DNA of 64,000 nucleotides from Verrucomicrobiota bacterium (GCA_047947115.1 CP170459.1:5472001-5536000), one strand, 5' to 3'; shown: positions 22,132-33,150, counted from the first letter of the stretch. Numbers and translations are program-made. Notes: a model not told the origin generated them from the sequence alone.

Positions 22132-23292
22132 TCAATTTCCGGTGAAGAACTTCTTGGCTTTTTCGAAAAACCCATTTGAGATGGGATTCACCCGGTCATC
22201 ACAGGACTCGGCAAACGCCTGCAACTTCTCCTTTTGCTCGGCATTCATGCTGGTGGGAACTTCGACATTCACGCGAACGTGCAGATCCCCCCATCCGTAA
22301 CCCTTGACATTTTTAACACCTTTGCCGCGCAAACGGAACACACTGCCCGGCTGGGTGCCAGCAGGAATACGAATCGTGGCCTTACCGGACAAAGTGGGAA
22401 CTTCGATCTCAGAACCCAGAGCAGCCTGCACAAAACTGATCGGCACTTCGCAGATGAGATCATCCCCTTCGCGATCGAAAATTTCGTGTTCACGCACATG
22501 GATCACCACATAAAGATCACCGGAGGGACCACCTCGCACACCACTCTCACCCTGCCCTGTTGATCGAATCCGAGCCCCGGTATCCACACCGGGCGGAATA
22601 CGGAGTCGCACTTTGGAAGTCTTCTCCTTTCGCCCCGCCCCTTGACATCGTTTGCAGGGTTTTTCGATGGTTTTACCGGCGCCATGACACCGAGGGCAGG
22701 TTTGTGTGAAGGTGAAGATACCTCGCGATGTCGCGATCTGACCTTTCCCGTGACAAGCGGTGCAGTTGACTGTGCGGGAACCGGGAGAGGCTCCGCTGCC
22801 TTTGCAATCCTCACAGGCATCCATTTTGGTGATGGGAATTTCCTTTTCACATCCAAGACTGGCTTCTTCAAAGGAAATCTCCATGTCATAACGAAGGTCG
22901 GAACCACGTTGCGGGGCGTTCGGATCACGGCGACCGCCGCCACCGAACAGATCTTCAAAGATGCTTCCACCACCACCGCCGCCACCGCCACCGCCGAAGA
23001 CTTCGCGGAAAATGTCGAAGGGATCATGGAATCCGGCGCCACCACCACCGGCCCCGCGCGAACGAGGATCGAAGGCGGCATGACCATATTGATCGTATGC
23101 GGCACGCTTTTGAGGATCGCTCAATGCTTCATAAGCCTGCCCCAATTCCTTGAATCTTTCTTCGGCTTCCTTGTCACCCGGGTTTTTGTCGGGATGAAAT
23201 TTGACGGCCTGTTTACGGTAGGCCTTCTTGAGCTCCTCCTGGGAGGCGCTGCGATCGACACCGAGAATTTCGTAGTAATCCCTTTTGGACAT
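22132..23292 (-). CDS. dnaJ: Chaperone DnaJ
   Basis: J-domain HPD, G/F region, four CxxCxGxG. Confidence 0.98.
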   Translation of the reverse strand: MSKRDYYEILGVDRSASQEELKKAYRKQAVKFHPDKNPGDKEAEERFKELGQAYEALSDPQKRAAYDQYGHAAFDPRSRGAGGGGAGFHDPFDIFREVFGGGGGGGGGGSIFEDLFGGGGRRDPNAPQRGSDLRYDMEISFEEASLGCEKEIPITKMDACEDCKGSGASPGSRTVNCTACHGKGQIATSRGIFTFTQTCPRCHGAGKTIEKPCKRCQGAGRKEKTSKVRLRIPPGVDTGARIRSTGQGESGVRGGPSGDLYVVIHVREHEIFDREGDDLICEVPISFVQAALGSEIEVPTLSGKATIRIPAGTQPGSVFRLRGKGVKNVKGYGWGDLHVRVNVEVPTSMNAEQKEKLQAFAESCDDRVNPISNGFFEKAKKFFTGN

Positions 23293-23330
23293 GATTTATT
23301 GAATGGGTCGTCTGTCCCGGAAGTATCTGA

Positions 23331-23996
23331 TCAGGAAGCGTCGTTTGATTCGGTTTCGGAAGATGGGGCTTTGGCCACCACCACATTGGCTGGACGGATG
23401 AGACGTTCGTTCAACTTGTAGCCTTTACGAGCCTGCTCGACGACTTGTCCTTCCGGAACTTCGGTGGTTTCCTTTTGCGACACGGCTTCGTGCCAGACAG
23501 GATCAAAGGCTTTGCCAAGCGCATCCACTTCTTCAAGACCAGCCTCTTTCAAGGTCGATTTCAATTGGTTGTGCACCATTTCGATCCCCATTTTGATGGA
23601 TGCCACACTTTTGTCATCCACATTTTGAACCGCCGCCATAGCCATTTCGAAATGATCCATGGTGGGAATCAAACGTTCCATCAGGGCTTCGTTGGCATAC
23701 TTGACGGCTTCGGAACGTTCGCGGGCAGCGCGTTTTTTGAAATTATCGAATTCGGCATTCAAACGCACAAAACGATCCCAATACTCATCGGCTTTTTGCG
23801 CCTTTGCTTCAAGATCGTTCCATTCCTTGCGTATGACGGTCACCGGAGAGTCGTCTTCTTGGTCGTCATTCCCCTCCTCAGTTGCATCAGCGTCGGCATT
23901 TCCGACCACTTCCACATTCACTTCATTGTTGTCCGAAGCGGTTTCGTTGGTCGCTTCTGACGCTTCAGGTTTTGTCTCTTCAGATTCCTTACTCAT
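23331..23996 (-). CDS. grpE: Nucleotide exchange factor GrpE
   Basis: AEFDNFKKR, FDPVWHEAV, GYKLNERLIRPANVVV. Confidence 0.96.
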   Translation of the reverse strand: MSKESEETKPEASEATNETASDNNEVNVEVVGNADADATEEGNDDQEDDSPVTVIRKEWNDLEAKAQKADEYWDRFVRLNAEFDNFKKRAARERSEAVKYANEALMERLIPTMDHFEMAMAAVQNVDDKSVASIKMGIEMVHNQLKSTLKEAGLEEVDALGKAFDPVWHEAVSQKETTEVPEGQVVEQARKGYKLNERLIRPANVVVAKAPSSETESNDAS

Positions 23997-24129
23997 ATCC
24001 TTCAATCAAATACTTCAACTACCGTTAAAGAACTTGGGAACATACGCAAGAGTCGGAAGGGATGCAACAGGAACCCAAAGTGTTTTGTGATTTTTTTTGG
24101 CCCAAAAACGGAATAAATCCAACAATCTT

Positions 24130-25038
24130 TCACCCCTTCCGCATCAGGTCCCAGGCCACCAACCATTCCTCACGCACTCTTCTGAACCCCATTTCATTGA
24201 GACGTCGATCCATGTCCGGCATGTGACCGGCGCCGTAAAACACAGCCAGACGCTTTTTTCCAGACTGTATTTCGCCGGAGAGCACCTGAAACGCCTTGTC
24301 GTTGCGACCACGTAAAATCACCGAACCTTTGCCGTCCATTCCTTGATCAATCCCCGCCATCATGGCCTCCAGCTCATTCAACTGTTGAGCAAACATCCAT
24401 TTGAGAGTGTGCTCACGATCGCTACTGGCAAGGGCGGCGAGCAACCCCAGCCCGTTTAAGCCGGATAATTGTCCGCTGGCCATCATCTGCTTTTCCTGAA
24501 AGAAGGACTGAAGCGCGAGGGTGAAGAAGTTTTCACCTTTCTCACCTTGCAGTCTGGAAAACGTCGCCGGATCCAGATCGGCATGCACGAAATTTTTGAC
24601 ACTGTAATCGATCCCCTCCAGTTGAAAATCCAAACCCAGCATATTCTTCATGCCCAACTGCATCTGACTGACCGGATGCCCGCTGCCCGAGATTTCCGAA
24701 GGATCCACTTCTTTATCCTTGATCATCTCATAAAGCACGGAATCATAGATTTTGAACCGCTCGTTCAACACATCGTAATAGGCTTTGTCACCGATATGAA
24801 CCGCCCCCACCAGAGCCACTTCCACTCCGGCAGGGTGACGATAAGTCTGGATCGCGGTATCCACATGCCCTTCACGGTCACCCGTTTTCACAAAACGCAT
24901 AAACGTTACGTCCGCACCAGTGGCTTCTGCACAATAAAGTAAAGCGACCAGCGACATCCAAAGGATGCTCTTCTCCACAAATTCCCTGGACCTGTCTCTC
25001 ATGTTGGGGAACTTAACGAGGAACCAGCGGCAAAGCAA
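24130..25038 (-). CDS. Exported conserved hypothetical protein, TraB/GumN-like motifs
   Basis: GAVHIG, LYEM, RND, FYGAGHM; start probably downstream (~25002 or 24957). Confidence 0.65.
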   Translation of the reverse strand: MLCRWFLVKFPNMRDRSREFVEKSILWMSLVALLYCAEATGADVTFMRFVKTGDREGHVDTAIQTYRHPAGVEVALVGAVHIGDKAYYDVLNERFKIYDSVLYEMIKDKEVDPSEISGSGHPVSQMQLGMKNMLGLDFQLEGIDYSVKNFVHADLDPATFSRLQGEKGENFFTLALQSFFQEKQMMASGQLSGLNGLGLLAALASSDREHTLKWMFAQQLNELEAMMAGIDQGMDGKGSVILRGRNDKAFQVLSGEIQSGKKRLAVFYGAGHMPDMDRRLNEMGFRRVREEWLVAWDLMRKG

Positions 25039-25100
25039 CCACCATTGGAATGGTGAATTTAAAATGGTGAATTATTGGTGAGGGGTGAGTTCAAGACATG

Positions 25101-25185
25101 GGTAGAACGTGTCGCCCCCGACGCGCCCCTCATGGCAGCCGAACTTAATTTCACCCAACAAGGGAACCGCCTATAGCATCCAACA
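25101..25185. repeat. Dispersed ~85-bp GTAG-led repeat (second copy 31662-31745)
   Basis: GGTAGAACGTG...CGCGCCC(C)TCATGGCA(G/A)CCGAACTTAATTTCACC...CATCCAACA shared. Confidence 0.75.
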
Positions 25186-25469
25186 AACTGAATCCCGACA
25201 CCCCGCCTGGACATCACAATTAAAAATCTTGTCTTCACTCCTGTGGTTCTTTGCGTCTCCGCGCCTTGGCGACACAAACAAGAAACCATCGCAAACACTG
25301 AAGTCTGTAAAAGTTCAATGCAGGATTCTCCCACATTTTAAAAAACCGCTTTACAAAAATTGCACCCAGCACACCGCAAAATGCGTCATGGATTCCCCAT
25401 TGCCTTTCAAGGGGAAACCCCTTAGCTTGATTAGCAAGTTTCCAAAACCTATTTAAGCGAGGCAAGGGT

Positions 25470-26030
25470 ATGAGTAAGGACGAGCTTCAAGCATCAGGCG
25501 GATCGGATCGCCGCGGTTTTATGCGCGGTGTGCTGGCCATGATCACAGGAACCCTGGCGTTGCTGGGGCCTTTGGTCGGAGGTTTGGCGGTGGTTCTGGA
25601 ACCACTGCGACAGAAAAAACACGGCCAGGCGGGCGGGTTCATCAAAGTCGGCCAGTTGGCTTCCTTGCCCAACAACGGGTTGCCCAAGAAATATGACATC
25701 CTGGCCGACAGACAGGATGCTTGGAACCGATACCCCAATGTCCCTGTCGGATCAATCTATCTGAGACGCACCGAGGATGATCAGATCACTGCATTCAATA
25801 TTATCTGCCCCCACGCCGGCTGTTTTGTTCAGGTGGACCAGCAGCAGAAACAATATAACTGCCCATGCCACAATAGCCAGTTCAAGCTGGACGGCTCTAA
25901 ATCCAACGCCGACAACCCCAGCCCACGCGGCATGGACCCGCTGGATGTCGAGATTCGCAATGGCGACGAAATCTGGGTGCATTACCAAAGCTTCAAAACC
26001 GGTGTAGCCGACCGAATCCCAAACAGCTGA
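25470..26030 (+). CDS. Rieske 2Fe-2S subunit of a quinol:cytochrome c reductase
   Basis: Tat-like DRRGFM plus TM helix; CPHAGC and CPCHNS. Confidence 0.93.
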   Translation: MSKDELQASGGSDRRGFMRGVLAMITGTLALLGPLVGGLAVVLEPLRQKKHGQAGGFIKVGQLASLPNNGLPKKYDILADRQDAWNRYPNVPVGSIYLRRTEDDQITAFNIICPHAGCFVQVDQQQKQYNCPCHNSQFKLDGSKSNADNPSPRGMDPLDVEIRNGDEIWVHYQSFKTGVADRIPNS

Positions 26031-27874
26031 TGCATATTTTCCTGAAATGGTTAGAAGAACGAACCGGGCTGGTTAAATCGTTCGAATCACTCCTGTTCCG
26101 GAAAATCCCGGGCGGGGCAAAATGGCGTTACACATGGGGAGGATTGCTGGTGTTTATGTTCGTCGTGCAGGCCATCACGGGATTCGCCCTGTGGATGGCC
26201 TACAGTCCGAGCACCCGAACAGCCTGGGAAAGCGTTTTTTATATCCAGCACATCATGCCATTCGGATGGCTTGTCCGTGGTATCCATTACTACGCCGCCG
26301 AAGCCATGGTGATCCTTGTCCTCCTGCATGTGCTGCAGAAAATCTGGTTCAGAGGTTACCAAAAGCCACGTGAACTGATGTTTTGGCTGGCCATGGCGAT
26401 GGCCCTGGTGGTCGTGAGTTGTTCTCTGACCGGCTACCTGCTGCCATGGGATCAGCAGGGGTATTGGTCCGCAAAGGTACGGACGCACATCATGTCCCTT
26501 TCACCCGTGATCGGCCCCTATCTGGAGAGCATCTCAGTGGGAGGCGATCATTTCGGGCACTTCGCCCTGACGCGTTTCTTTGCCCTGCATGCGGGCTTTT
26601 TTCCATTTCTGCTCGTCCTTCTTTTAGTCGGCCGCATGCTGCTGATGAGACGTTATCGCCAAATGGAAACCGAATCAAAACCGGATGTGATATCGGAACC
26701 TTTTTGGCCAAACCAAGCCTTGAAAAACGCTTTGACCTCCCTGGCCGTGATGGGTGTCGTGTTGCTGATCACCGTCAAACCTCAATGGTTTGGGTTTGCT
26801 CACTTGGGAATGGGGGCTCCATTGGCTTCGCCGGCTGATCCCACCGACCTTTACGCAGCTGCACGTCCGGAGTGGTACTTTCTGTTCCTTTTCCAGTTCC
26901 TGAAATATTTCCCCGGCGAACTGGAAATTGTCGGAGCCATCGTCATACCGGGAGCCATCGTAGGTTACTTCGCACTGATGCCTTGGATCGGGCGCCATAT
27001 CGCCGGCCACGTGCTGAACATCCTCGTGAGCATCTTCTTGTTGGGCGGTGCCATCTGGCTGACACTCATAGCCAAAAACAACGATGCCCGAAATGCGGGC
27101 TATCAGACCGCGGCAAAAGAAGCTCAGATCAAGGCGGCAAGAGCCATTGAGTTGGCTTCCGGACCCAATGGCATCCCGGCACAAGGCGCCCTGCAACTGC
27201 TTCATCAAGATCCCAAAACACAAGGCCCGCAACTGTTCGCCACCCATTGCTCAAGCTGTCACCGTTACGACGGGCATGATGGCCTTGGGGCAATCCCGGC
27301 AGACGCTCCCAGCGCACCGGATCTCAAAGGATTCGCTTCAAGGCAATGGTTGACGGAATTTCTGAACCCGGATCATATCGCCACGGAACGTTACTTCGGT
27401 GGTACCGCTTTTGCCGATGGAGACATGGTAAAGTATGTTACTGACGATGTGGCTGAATTTGACGCAGACAAAAAAGACGCCCTGGCTGCAGTTGTCAGGA
27501 TTCTGTCGGCAGAAGCACAACTCCCGTCCCAAAAGAATCCAAAAACAACAGAAACACCACTCAGCAATGAAGATAGGGATGAATTGTTTTACGACGTCGG
27601 ATGCACGGAATGTCATGAATTTCATTTTGAAGATGAGGATATGGACGGACCGGACCTTACGGGTTATGGTTCACGTGGGTGGATGATCGAATTCATCTCC
27701 AACCCGGCTCATGCCCGCTTTTACAAAAGAAACAACGACCGCATGCCCTCCTTCCGTGAAGAAGGCATTTTGGACGAAGAAGCCATCGGTCGCCTGGCTG
27801 ACTGGCTGCGAGGCGATTGGTATGAACCCGAAGAAAATCAAGCATCGGTCGCGATCGCGGAACCTGCGCCATGA
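26030..27874 (+). CDS. Cytochrome b fused to subunit IV and a diheme cytochrome c
   Basis: RGIH...LLH, GYLLPWDQ, TRFFALH, RPEWY, CSSCH and CTECH. Confidence 0.92.
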   Translation: MHIFLKWLEERTGLVKSFESLLFRKIPGGAKWRYTWGGLLVFMFVVQAITGFALWMAYSPSTRTAWESVFYIQHIMPFGWLVRGIHYYAAEAMVILVLLHVLQKIWFRGYQKPRELMFWLAMAMALVVVSCSLTGYLLPWDQQGYWSAKVRTHIMSLSPVIGPYLESISVGGDHFGHFALTRFFALHAGFFPFLLVLLLVGRMLLMRRYRQMETESKPDVISEPFWPNQALKNALTSLAVMGVVLLITVKPQWFGFAHLGMGAPLASPADPTDLYAAARPEWYFLFLFQFLKYFPGELEIVGAIVIPGAIVGYFALMPWIGRHIAGHVLNILVSIFLLGGAIWLTLIAKNNDARNAGYQTAAKEAQIKAARAIELASGPNGIPAQGALQLLHQDPKTQGPQLFATHCSSCHRYDGHDGLGAIPADAPSAPDLKGFASRQWLTEFLNPDHIATERYFGGTAFADGDMVKYVTDDVAEFDADKKDALAAVVRILSAEAQLPSQKNPKTTETPLSNEDRDELFYDVGCTECHEFHFEDEDMDGPDLTGYGSRGWMIEFISNPAHARFYKRNNDRMPSFREEGILDEEAIGRLADWLRGDWYEPEENQASVAIAEPAP

Positions 27875-28081
27875 GGATACCTTCACATCTTCCGGATTAG
27901 AAAAGGACGCCCCGCGTCCGGCCGAGACAAGTCCGGTTCTGGGATTCAGGGAACATAAAACGAAAGATTTCTCCCGTTTTTGCTGGCAATGGGTCGGCAG
28001 TTTTCCTAAAAGAGCCGTTTCGAATAGGGGTTACCCGCCAGAAACCGGGTAGCAACCATCACTAAAAGAGAGTGTTTGCAA

Positions 28082-28426
28082 ATGAAATTCGTGCTGACAA
28101 CGCATAATATTAAATTAACAAAATCGATCGAGAACCATATTCTCGGACGTATCGACAAGTTGGAACATCTGGATCGATGGGCCATCGACGCCCGCGTCAA
28201 CCTGGAACATGACAACACACGTTCCCCGGAAAAACAATTCAAGTGCTCCATTCGATTGGGGGTCAAAGGAAACGACCTTTACGCGACGGACTATGAAAAC
28301 GATCTTTATGCAGCCATGGACTTGGTAACCAAGAAGATCGAACAACAGATCCGCAAGCGCCACAGTAAAAAAAAATCCAAAACACAAAGTGAAGCCGCTC
28401 GTAACAAGCGACTCCTTCAAGAATAG
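28082..28426 (+). CDS. raiA: Ribosome hibernation factor HPF/RaiA
   Basis: LTKSIENHI...DLYAAMDLVTKKIEQQIRK. Confidence 0.9.
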   Translation: MKFVLTTHNIKLTKSIENHILGRIDKLEHLDRWAIDARVNLEHDNTRSPEKQFKCSIRLGVKGNDLYATDYENDLYAAMDLVTKKIEQQIRKRHSKKKSKTQSEAARNKRLLQE

Positions 28427-28466
28427 CCGGTCAAGTTAACCGACACCAAACCCATGATTTTGGCAT

Positions 28467-28500
28467 GCCGCTCGACCCCACATCGAGCGGCTTCTTTTTT
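28467..28500 (+). terminator. Rho-independent terminator
   Basis: GCCGCTCGA-loop-TCGAGCGGC followed by TTCTTTTTT. Confidence 0.8.
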
Positions 28501-28510
28501 AATCTCCACA

Positions 28511-28649
28511 GGTAGATGGGATCGTCCCTGATCCGAGGTAGATGGGATCGTCCCCGATGCGTAACCTCATGCCATTGGAAATCAAAATAACTTCACGAAG
28601 GAAAGCCAACAGGCCCTTGGCCGGTAGGGATGCGCTGCCGCGCGTCCGC
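28511..28649 (+). repeat. Cluster of GTAG-led REP-like units
   Basis: GGTAGATGGGATCGTCCC twice in tandem; GTAGGGATGCGC-TGCC-GCGCGTCC at 28624. Confidence 0.6.
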
Positions 28650-28742
28650 CAAAGCGTCCGCTCAACGCCTCAACATCTCGAACACACTTTACGCTCCCGC
28701 GGCCCCGCGGCATCGGGACCCAACCCATCGCCCTAACCTCAC

Positions 28743-30008
28743 ATGCCCACCACCCCCGAACCCCAAATCATACGCTGCCGCTGCCTGCTCCCGGTTAGCT
28801 CTCCCCCGATTTTCGATGGTGGTATGGTGGTGGCATCCGGCTTGATCCAAGACATCGGCCCGTGGAACCATATCCGGCAGCTTTACACGGGAACCCACAT
28901 GGACCTCGGAGAGAGCGTATTGATGCCCGGATTGATCAACGCTCATTGCCATCTGGAATACACCCAAATGGCAGGCAAGCTCGATCCACCTGCCTCCTTC
29001 ACAGACTGGATCCGGAAAATGATCGACCTCAAAAAATCCTGGTCTCCGGGGGATTTCCAACACTCCTGGCAAACCGGATACAACCAATCCACAGCATCCG
29101 GAACCACCACCATTGCGGACAACCTTTCACAACCCATCCAACTTTCGCGGGAACAACTCAGCCAAGGTGCACGCCTGATGGCTCTGTTTGAATGGATTCA
29201 ACTGGAAGGCACCCCCTGGACCTCCGAACAACATCAAGACAAAGGGTTTCTATGTCAATCAACTGACCTGGCTTCTGGCCTCATCTCCGGACTGGCCCCC
29301 CACGCCCCCTACACCACTACACCGATATTGTGGCGATTCATTCAAGAACACCCTGAACTGTCAAAAAGACCCATCTCCGTCCACCTGGCCGAATCTCAGG
29401 AAGAAATGGATCTCTTTCAAAAGCATTCCGGACCAATGCACGATTGGTTCTCATCCATAGGCCATCTGCCGAATTGGGGAACGGGAAGCCCGGTTCAATT
29501 ACTTGAAAGCAAAGGAGCCATTCGCAATGGAACCATCATCATCCACGCCAACGGCCTGGATGACTCTGATTTGGCAATCCTGGCCCATCACAACATCGGC
29601 ATCGTCCATTGCCCTCGCAGTCATCACTACTTCCAACACCCGGCTTTTCAACTGGAAAAATGCCTGAACCACAACATCCCGGTTGCACTCGGAACGGACA
29701 GTCTGGCGTCGATCCGTCCTGATCAACATCCTCAAAGCCTCAGCATGTTCCACGAAATGCAATCCCTGCTGAAATCCTTCCCGACACTGCGTCCTCAAAT
29801 GGCCATCGAGATGACCACCCTGACCGCTGCAAAAGTGTTGGGACTGGATTCGACCATCGGCAGCCTCGCCCCCGGCAAACAAGCAGACTGGATCAGCCTC
29901 CCCTGCAAAGGCACGGAAAGGGATCTGCTCGAGGCCATCATCCATACCAAAACTCCACCCCAAAAAGTCGTGATCGGAGGAAAAACCATGCTCGAAAAAC
30001 AGATCTGA
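28743..30008 (+). CDS. Metal-dependent amidohydrolase (nucleoside deaminase-like)
   Basis: PGLINAHCHLE, PHAPYT, HLAES, HCPRS, LGTDS, GSLAPGKQAD. Confidence 0.9.
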   Translation: MPTTPEPQIIRCRCLLPVSSPPIFDGGMVVASGLIQDIGPWNHIRQLYTGTHMDLGESVLMPGLINAHCHLEYTQMAGKLDPPASFTDWIRKMIDLKKSWSPGDFQHSWQTGYNQSTASGTTTIADNLSQPIQLSREQLSQGARLMALFEWIQLEGTPWTSEQHQDKGFLCQSTDLASGLISGLAPHAPYTTTPILWRFIQEHPELSKRPISVHLAESQEEMDLFQKHSGPMHDWFSSIGHLPNWGTGSPVQLLESKGAIRNGTIIIHANGLDDSDLAILAHHNIGIVHCPRSHHYFQHPAFQLEKCLNHNIPVALGTDSLASIRPDQHPQSLSMFHEMQSLLKSFPTLRPQMAIEMTTLTAAKVLGLDSTIGSLAPGKQADWISLPCKGTERDLLEAIIHTKTPPQKVVIGGKTMLEKQI

Positions 30009-30140
30009 ATGAATTCAGAAAAAGGAGCGTCAAAATTTCCGGCTTACAGGTGATCTTGAGCATTGACCCATGCGGGGATTTGACTACGATGATCTCGAGC
30101 CTCCTAAAGAGAGAAAAACTCATCAAAATTTTTGAGTCTT

Positions 30141-31526
30141 ATGGAAAACAATCAAAAGCAAGCACAGGTCGGCGGAGAAGATTCCCGTCGAGGTTTTATC
30201 AAGAAGGCTTCCACTGCCGCCGCGGTGGTTGCTTCCTCGAACATCATCAAAACCCCCGTTTACGGTCAAAACCAGGCGCCCTCCACCGGACGCGTCATTG
30301 GAGCCAATGACCGGGTCAACGTCGGCTACATCGGTGTGGGTGGCCAGGGCCAGGCCCACGTTCGCAGCATGAAGGGGCACAAAGGCGAAAGCAACCTGGC
30401 ACAAGTAGCCGTTTGCGACGTCTCCCAAAGCCGCATGGACCAGGCTCAGGGCATCATCGGTGAAAAGGTCGCTCAATATGAGGACCACCGCAAACTTCTG
30501 GAAGACAAAAACATCGATGCTGTTTGCGTCGCCACCGTGGACCACTGGCACACCATTTGTTCCGTGGACGCCATGAACGCCGGCAAGGACGTTTACTGTG
30601 AAAAACCCATGACCCGTTACCTGACGGAAGCATGGCAGATCCAGGACGCCTGCAAACGCACCGGCCGCCTGATCCAGGTCGGCTCACAAGGTTGCTCGGC
30701 CCGCAAATACCACAAGGCCGCCGAAATCATCCAATCCGGCATGATCGGACCTCTCGTAATGGGAACCACTTCCTACATGCGCAACAACCCAAAGGGTGAA
30801 TGGAACTACACCATCCAGGATTGGGCCACCCCGGACGACATGAACTGGGAGCACTGGCTGGGCGACGTGAACAAGAAGATCCCCTTCAACGCAGATCACT
30901 ACTTCCGCTGGCGTAAATACTATCCTTACTGCGCCGGTCTGTTGGGTGACTTGCTGCCTCACTTGCTCCACCCTTACATGTTGGCCACCGGAGCTCCCGA
31001 GTATCCTGCCCGTGTTGTCAGCTTGGGTAACAAAGCCCTGCGCACCGACAAAAACACCCCCGGCACTTACGAGCGTGACGTGGACGAAAACGTCCAGGCC
31101 ATCATCGAATTCCCTTCCGGATTCAACCTGGTCGTCGCCTCCAGCACCGTCAACGAGCGTAACTTCAACGAATCCATCCGCGGCCACCACGGCACGCTCA
31201 TGATGGGTGGTCTGGGAAGCGTGAAGATCGAACTGATCCCTGAACGCAAATTCTCCGACGAAGTTGACGCCGAAGTGTTTGACGATCTGTTGCCGGGTGA
31301 AGCCATTTCCCACCACGAGAAAAACTGGATCGAATGTATCCGCACCCGCGAACAGCCCAACTGCGGTATCGACCTGGCTGTGAAAGTTCAAACCGTCATT
31401 TCACTGGCTGAAATGTCTGATCGCTTGAACATCATGTGCGTTTACGACGAGAAGACCCGTAAGATCACCACCGGTGACGGCAAAGAAATCAAGCCCATCA
31501 CCTACGGTACCATGGATCTCTCATAG
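30141..31526 (+). CDS. Tat-exported Gfo/Idh/MocA-family oxidoreductase
   Basis: SRRGFIK Tat motif, IGVGGQG, ATVDHWH, YCEKPM. Confidence 0.92.
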   Translation: MENNQKQAQVGGEDSRRGFIKKASTAAAVVASSNIIKTPVYGQNQAPSTGRVIGANDRVNVGYIGVGGQGQAHVRSMKGHKGESNLAQVAVCDVSQSRMDQAQGIIGEKVAQYEDHRKLLEDKNIDAVCVATVDHWHTICSVDAMNAGKDVYCEKPMTRYLTEAWQIQDACKRTGRLIQVGSQGCSARKYHKAAEIIQSGMIGPLVMGTTSYMRNNPKGEWNYTIQDWATPDDMNWEHWLGDVNKKIPFNADHYFRWRKYYPYCAGLLGDLLPHLLHPYMLATGAPEYPARVVSLGNKALRTDKNTPGTYERDVDENVQAIIEFPSGFNLVVASSTVNERNFNESIRGHHGTLMMGGLGSVKIELIPERKFSDEVDAEVFDDLLPGEAISHHEKNWIECIRTREQPNCGIDLAVKVQTVISLAEMSDRLNIMCVYDEKTRKITTGDGKEIKPITYGTMDLS

Positions 31527-31547
31527 CCCGAATCCACAACCATTTGC

Positions 31548-31580
31548 AAAGGGTTCCACCAACAGGGTGGAACCCTTTTT
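31548..31580 (+). terminator. Rho-independent terminator
   Basis: AAAGGGTTCCACC-AACAG-GGTGGAACCCTTTTT. Confidence 0.85.
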
Positions 31581-31588
31581 CATGTCGC

Positions 31589-31745
31589 AGGTAGAATCCC
31601 GAGACCTCGGGATCACAGGCGCGCGGTAGATTCCCGATGTATCGGGATCCCTGATCCGCAAGGTAGAACGTGCCGTCCCTGGCGCGCCCTCATGGCAACC
31701 GAACTTAATTTCACCGTCCAAAGGAAACCCAAGAATCATCCAACA
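31589..31745 (+). repeat. GTAG-led hairpin cluster plus second copy of the 25101 repeat
   Basis: GTAGAATCCCGAG-AC-CTCGGGAT, GTAGATTCCCGAT-GT-ATCGGGAT, GTAGAACGTGCC... Confidence 0.65.
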
Positions 31746-32106
31746 GCCCCCCCCACACACGTGAGCGACACAACAAAAAATCCTTCCTACAATCCTTTGC
31801 GTCTTTGCGATAAAAACCACAGCCATTAAAAACCTCGCAGACTTTAAACGGTTCAATGCAAGATTCTCTCGCGTAAATAATGACGACACTGAAATGGAAA
31901 ACCCATGACACATCAGCCTCCTTTATCCGTATTCACGCAAAGCCGCAAAGGGCACAAAGCTATATTTCAACCAAATCCACCACCTCATACACCACCTCAT
32001 ACACCGCCCAACAACCCGAAACATTAAACAAACCACGAAGCAAGAAGAAACACGAAGGTAAAACAATAAAGCGAAGCTTAATGCCTTGTAGTGAGAAAAA
32101 AACACC

Positions 32107-33150
32107 ATGCACCCCCAAAAAGAACCCAACACCGTCCGAGCCGCCCGCATGGCAATGGCCACGCGCTTTGAAATCGTGCTGCACGGAGAACGCCGCGACT
32201 GGCTCCAATCCATCGCCGAAGAAGCGCTGGACGAAATCGAAAAACTCGACGCCAAACTCAGCCTCTACAACCCCTCCAGCCAGATCGCCCGCGTCAACCG
32301 CCAGGCCGCCATTGCCCCCGTCCGGGTCGATCCCCTGCTCTTTGACCTCCTCGAACGCTGCCTCAGACTATCCACCTATACCCAGGGCGCCTTCGACATC
32401 ACCATGGGCCCTTTGATCAAATGTTGGGGATTCATGAAAGGTACCGGAGAAGCCCCCTCTGAAAGCGCCATCGAACACGCCATGCAGGTCGTCGGACGCC
32501 AACACGTCCTGCTGGACCGGAACACCTACAGCGTTCAATTCGACCGCGAAGGCGTCATGCTGGACCTTGGAGCCATCGGCAAAGGCTACGCCTTGGAATG
32601 CGCGGCAGAAATCATCCGGGATTATGAACTCGAAAGCGCCATCCTCCATGGCGGCACCAGCACCATCTGCGCCATCGGAACACCTCCCGAAGACGACGCC
32701 TGGCACATCGCCATCATCAAACCCGAGAAAGACCCGGCTTTCCCCTACTACGTGGCATCCGACAACAGCTCCCCCGACTTCACCCAGGAAGACCTGCTTA
32801 CCTCCGTGCCGCTCAAGGACCAGAGCCTGTCCGTCTCCGCCGTGTGGGGCAAATCCTTCCAGACCGACAACCGCACCTTCGGCCACGTCATCAACGGTCG
32901 CACCGGACAACCGGCTCATGGGCAATGGATGGCAGGCCTCGTCTGCAACAACACCACCGACACCGACGCCCTGTCCACCGCCATGCTCGTCGACGGACTC
33001 AAAGCCATGCCCGCCATCCAATCCCTCTACCCGGACAGCAAATGGCTCCTCGTCGAACAAGGCGAACAAGAGACCGATTACACAACCCACCTGGAAGGAC
33101 TGGAACCAGGCACAGACCACTCGGATGATGCATCCCCCAAGGAGACTTGA
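32107..33150 (+). CDS. apbE: FAD:protein FMN transferase (ApbE family), no obvious signal peptide
   Basis: AMAT, GAFDITMGPL, LDLGAIGKGYA, GHVINGRTG, DALSTA. Confidence 0.9.
   Translation: MHPQKEPNTVRAARMAMATRFEIVLHGERRDWLQSIAEEALDEIEKLDAKLSLYNPSSQIARVNRQAAIAPVRVDPLLFDLLERCLRLSTYTQGAFDITMGPLIKCWGFMKGTGEAPSESAIEHAMQVVGRQHVLLDRNTYSVQFDREGVMLDLGAIGKGYALECAAEIIRDYELESAILHGGTSTICAIGTPPEDDAWHIAIIKPEKDPAFPYYVASDNSSPDFTQEDLLTSVPLKDQSLSVSAVWGKSFQTDNRTFGHVINGRTGQPAHGQWMAGLVCNNTTDTDALSTAMLVDGLKAMPAIQSLYPDSKWLLVEQGEQETDYTTHLEGLEPGTDHSDDASPKET

Noticed and set aside
24000..24130. CIRCE element upstream of grpE-dnaJ
   Set aside because: TTAGCACTC-N9-GAGTGCTAA not found
28030..28053. Hairpin upstream of raiA as a raiA-motif RNA
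   Set aside because: A single short hairpin is insufficient without a covariance-model search
31880..32106. ORF and short repeats upstream of apbE
   Set aside because: Low-complexity intergenic sequence with a 12-bp duplication; no coding support
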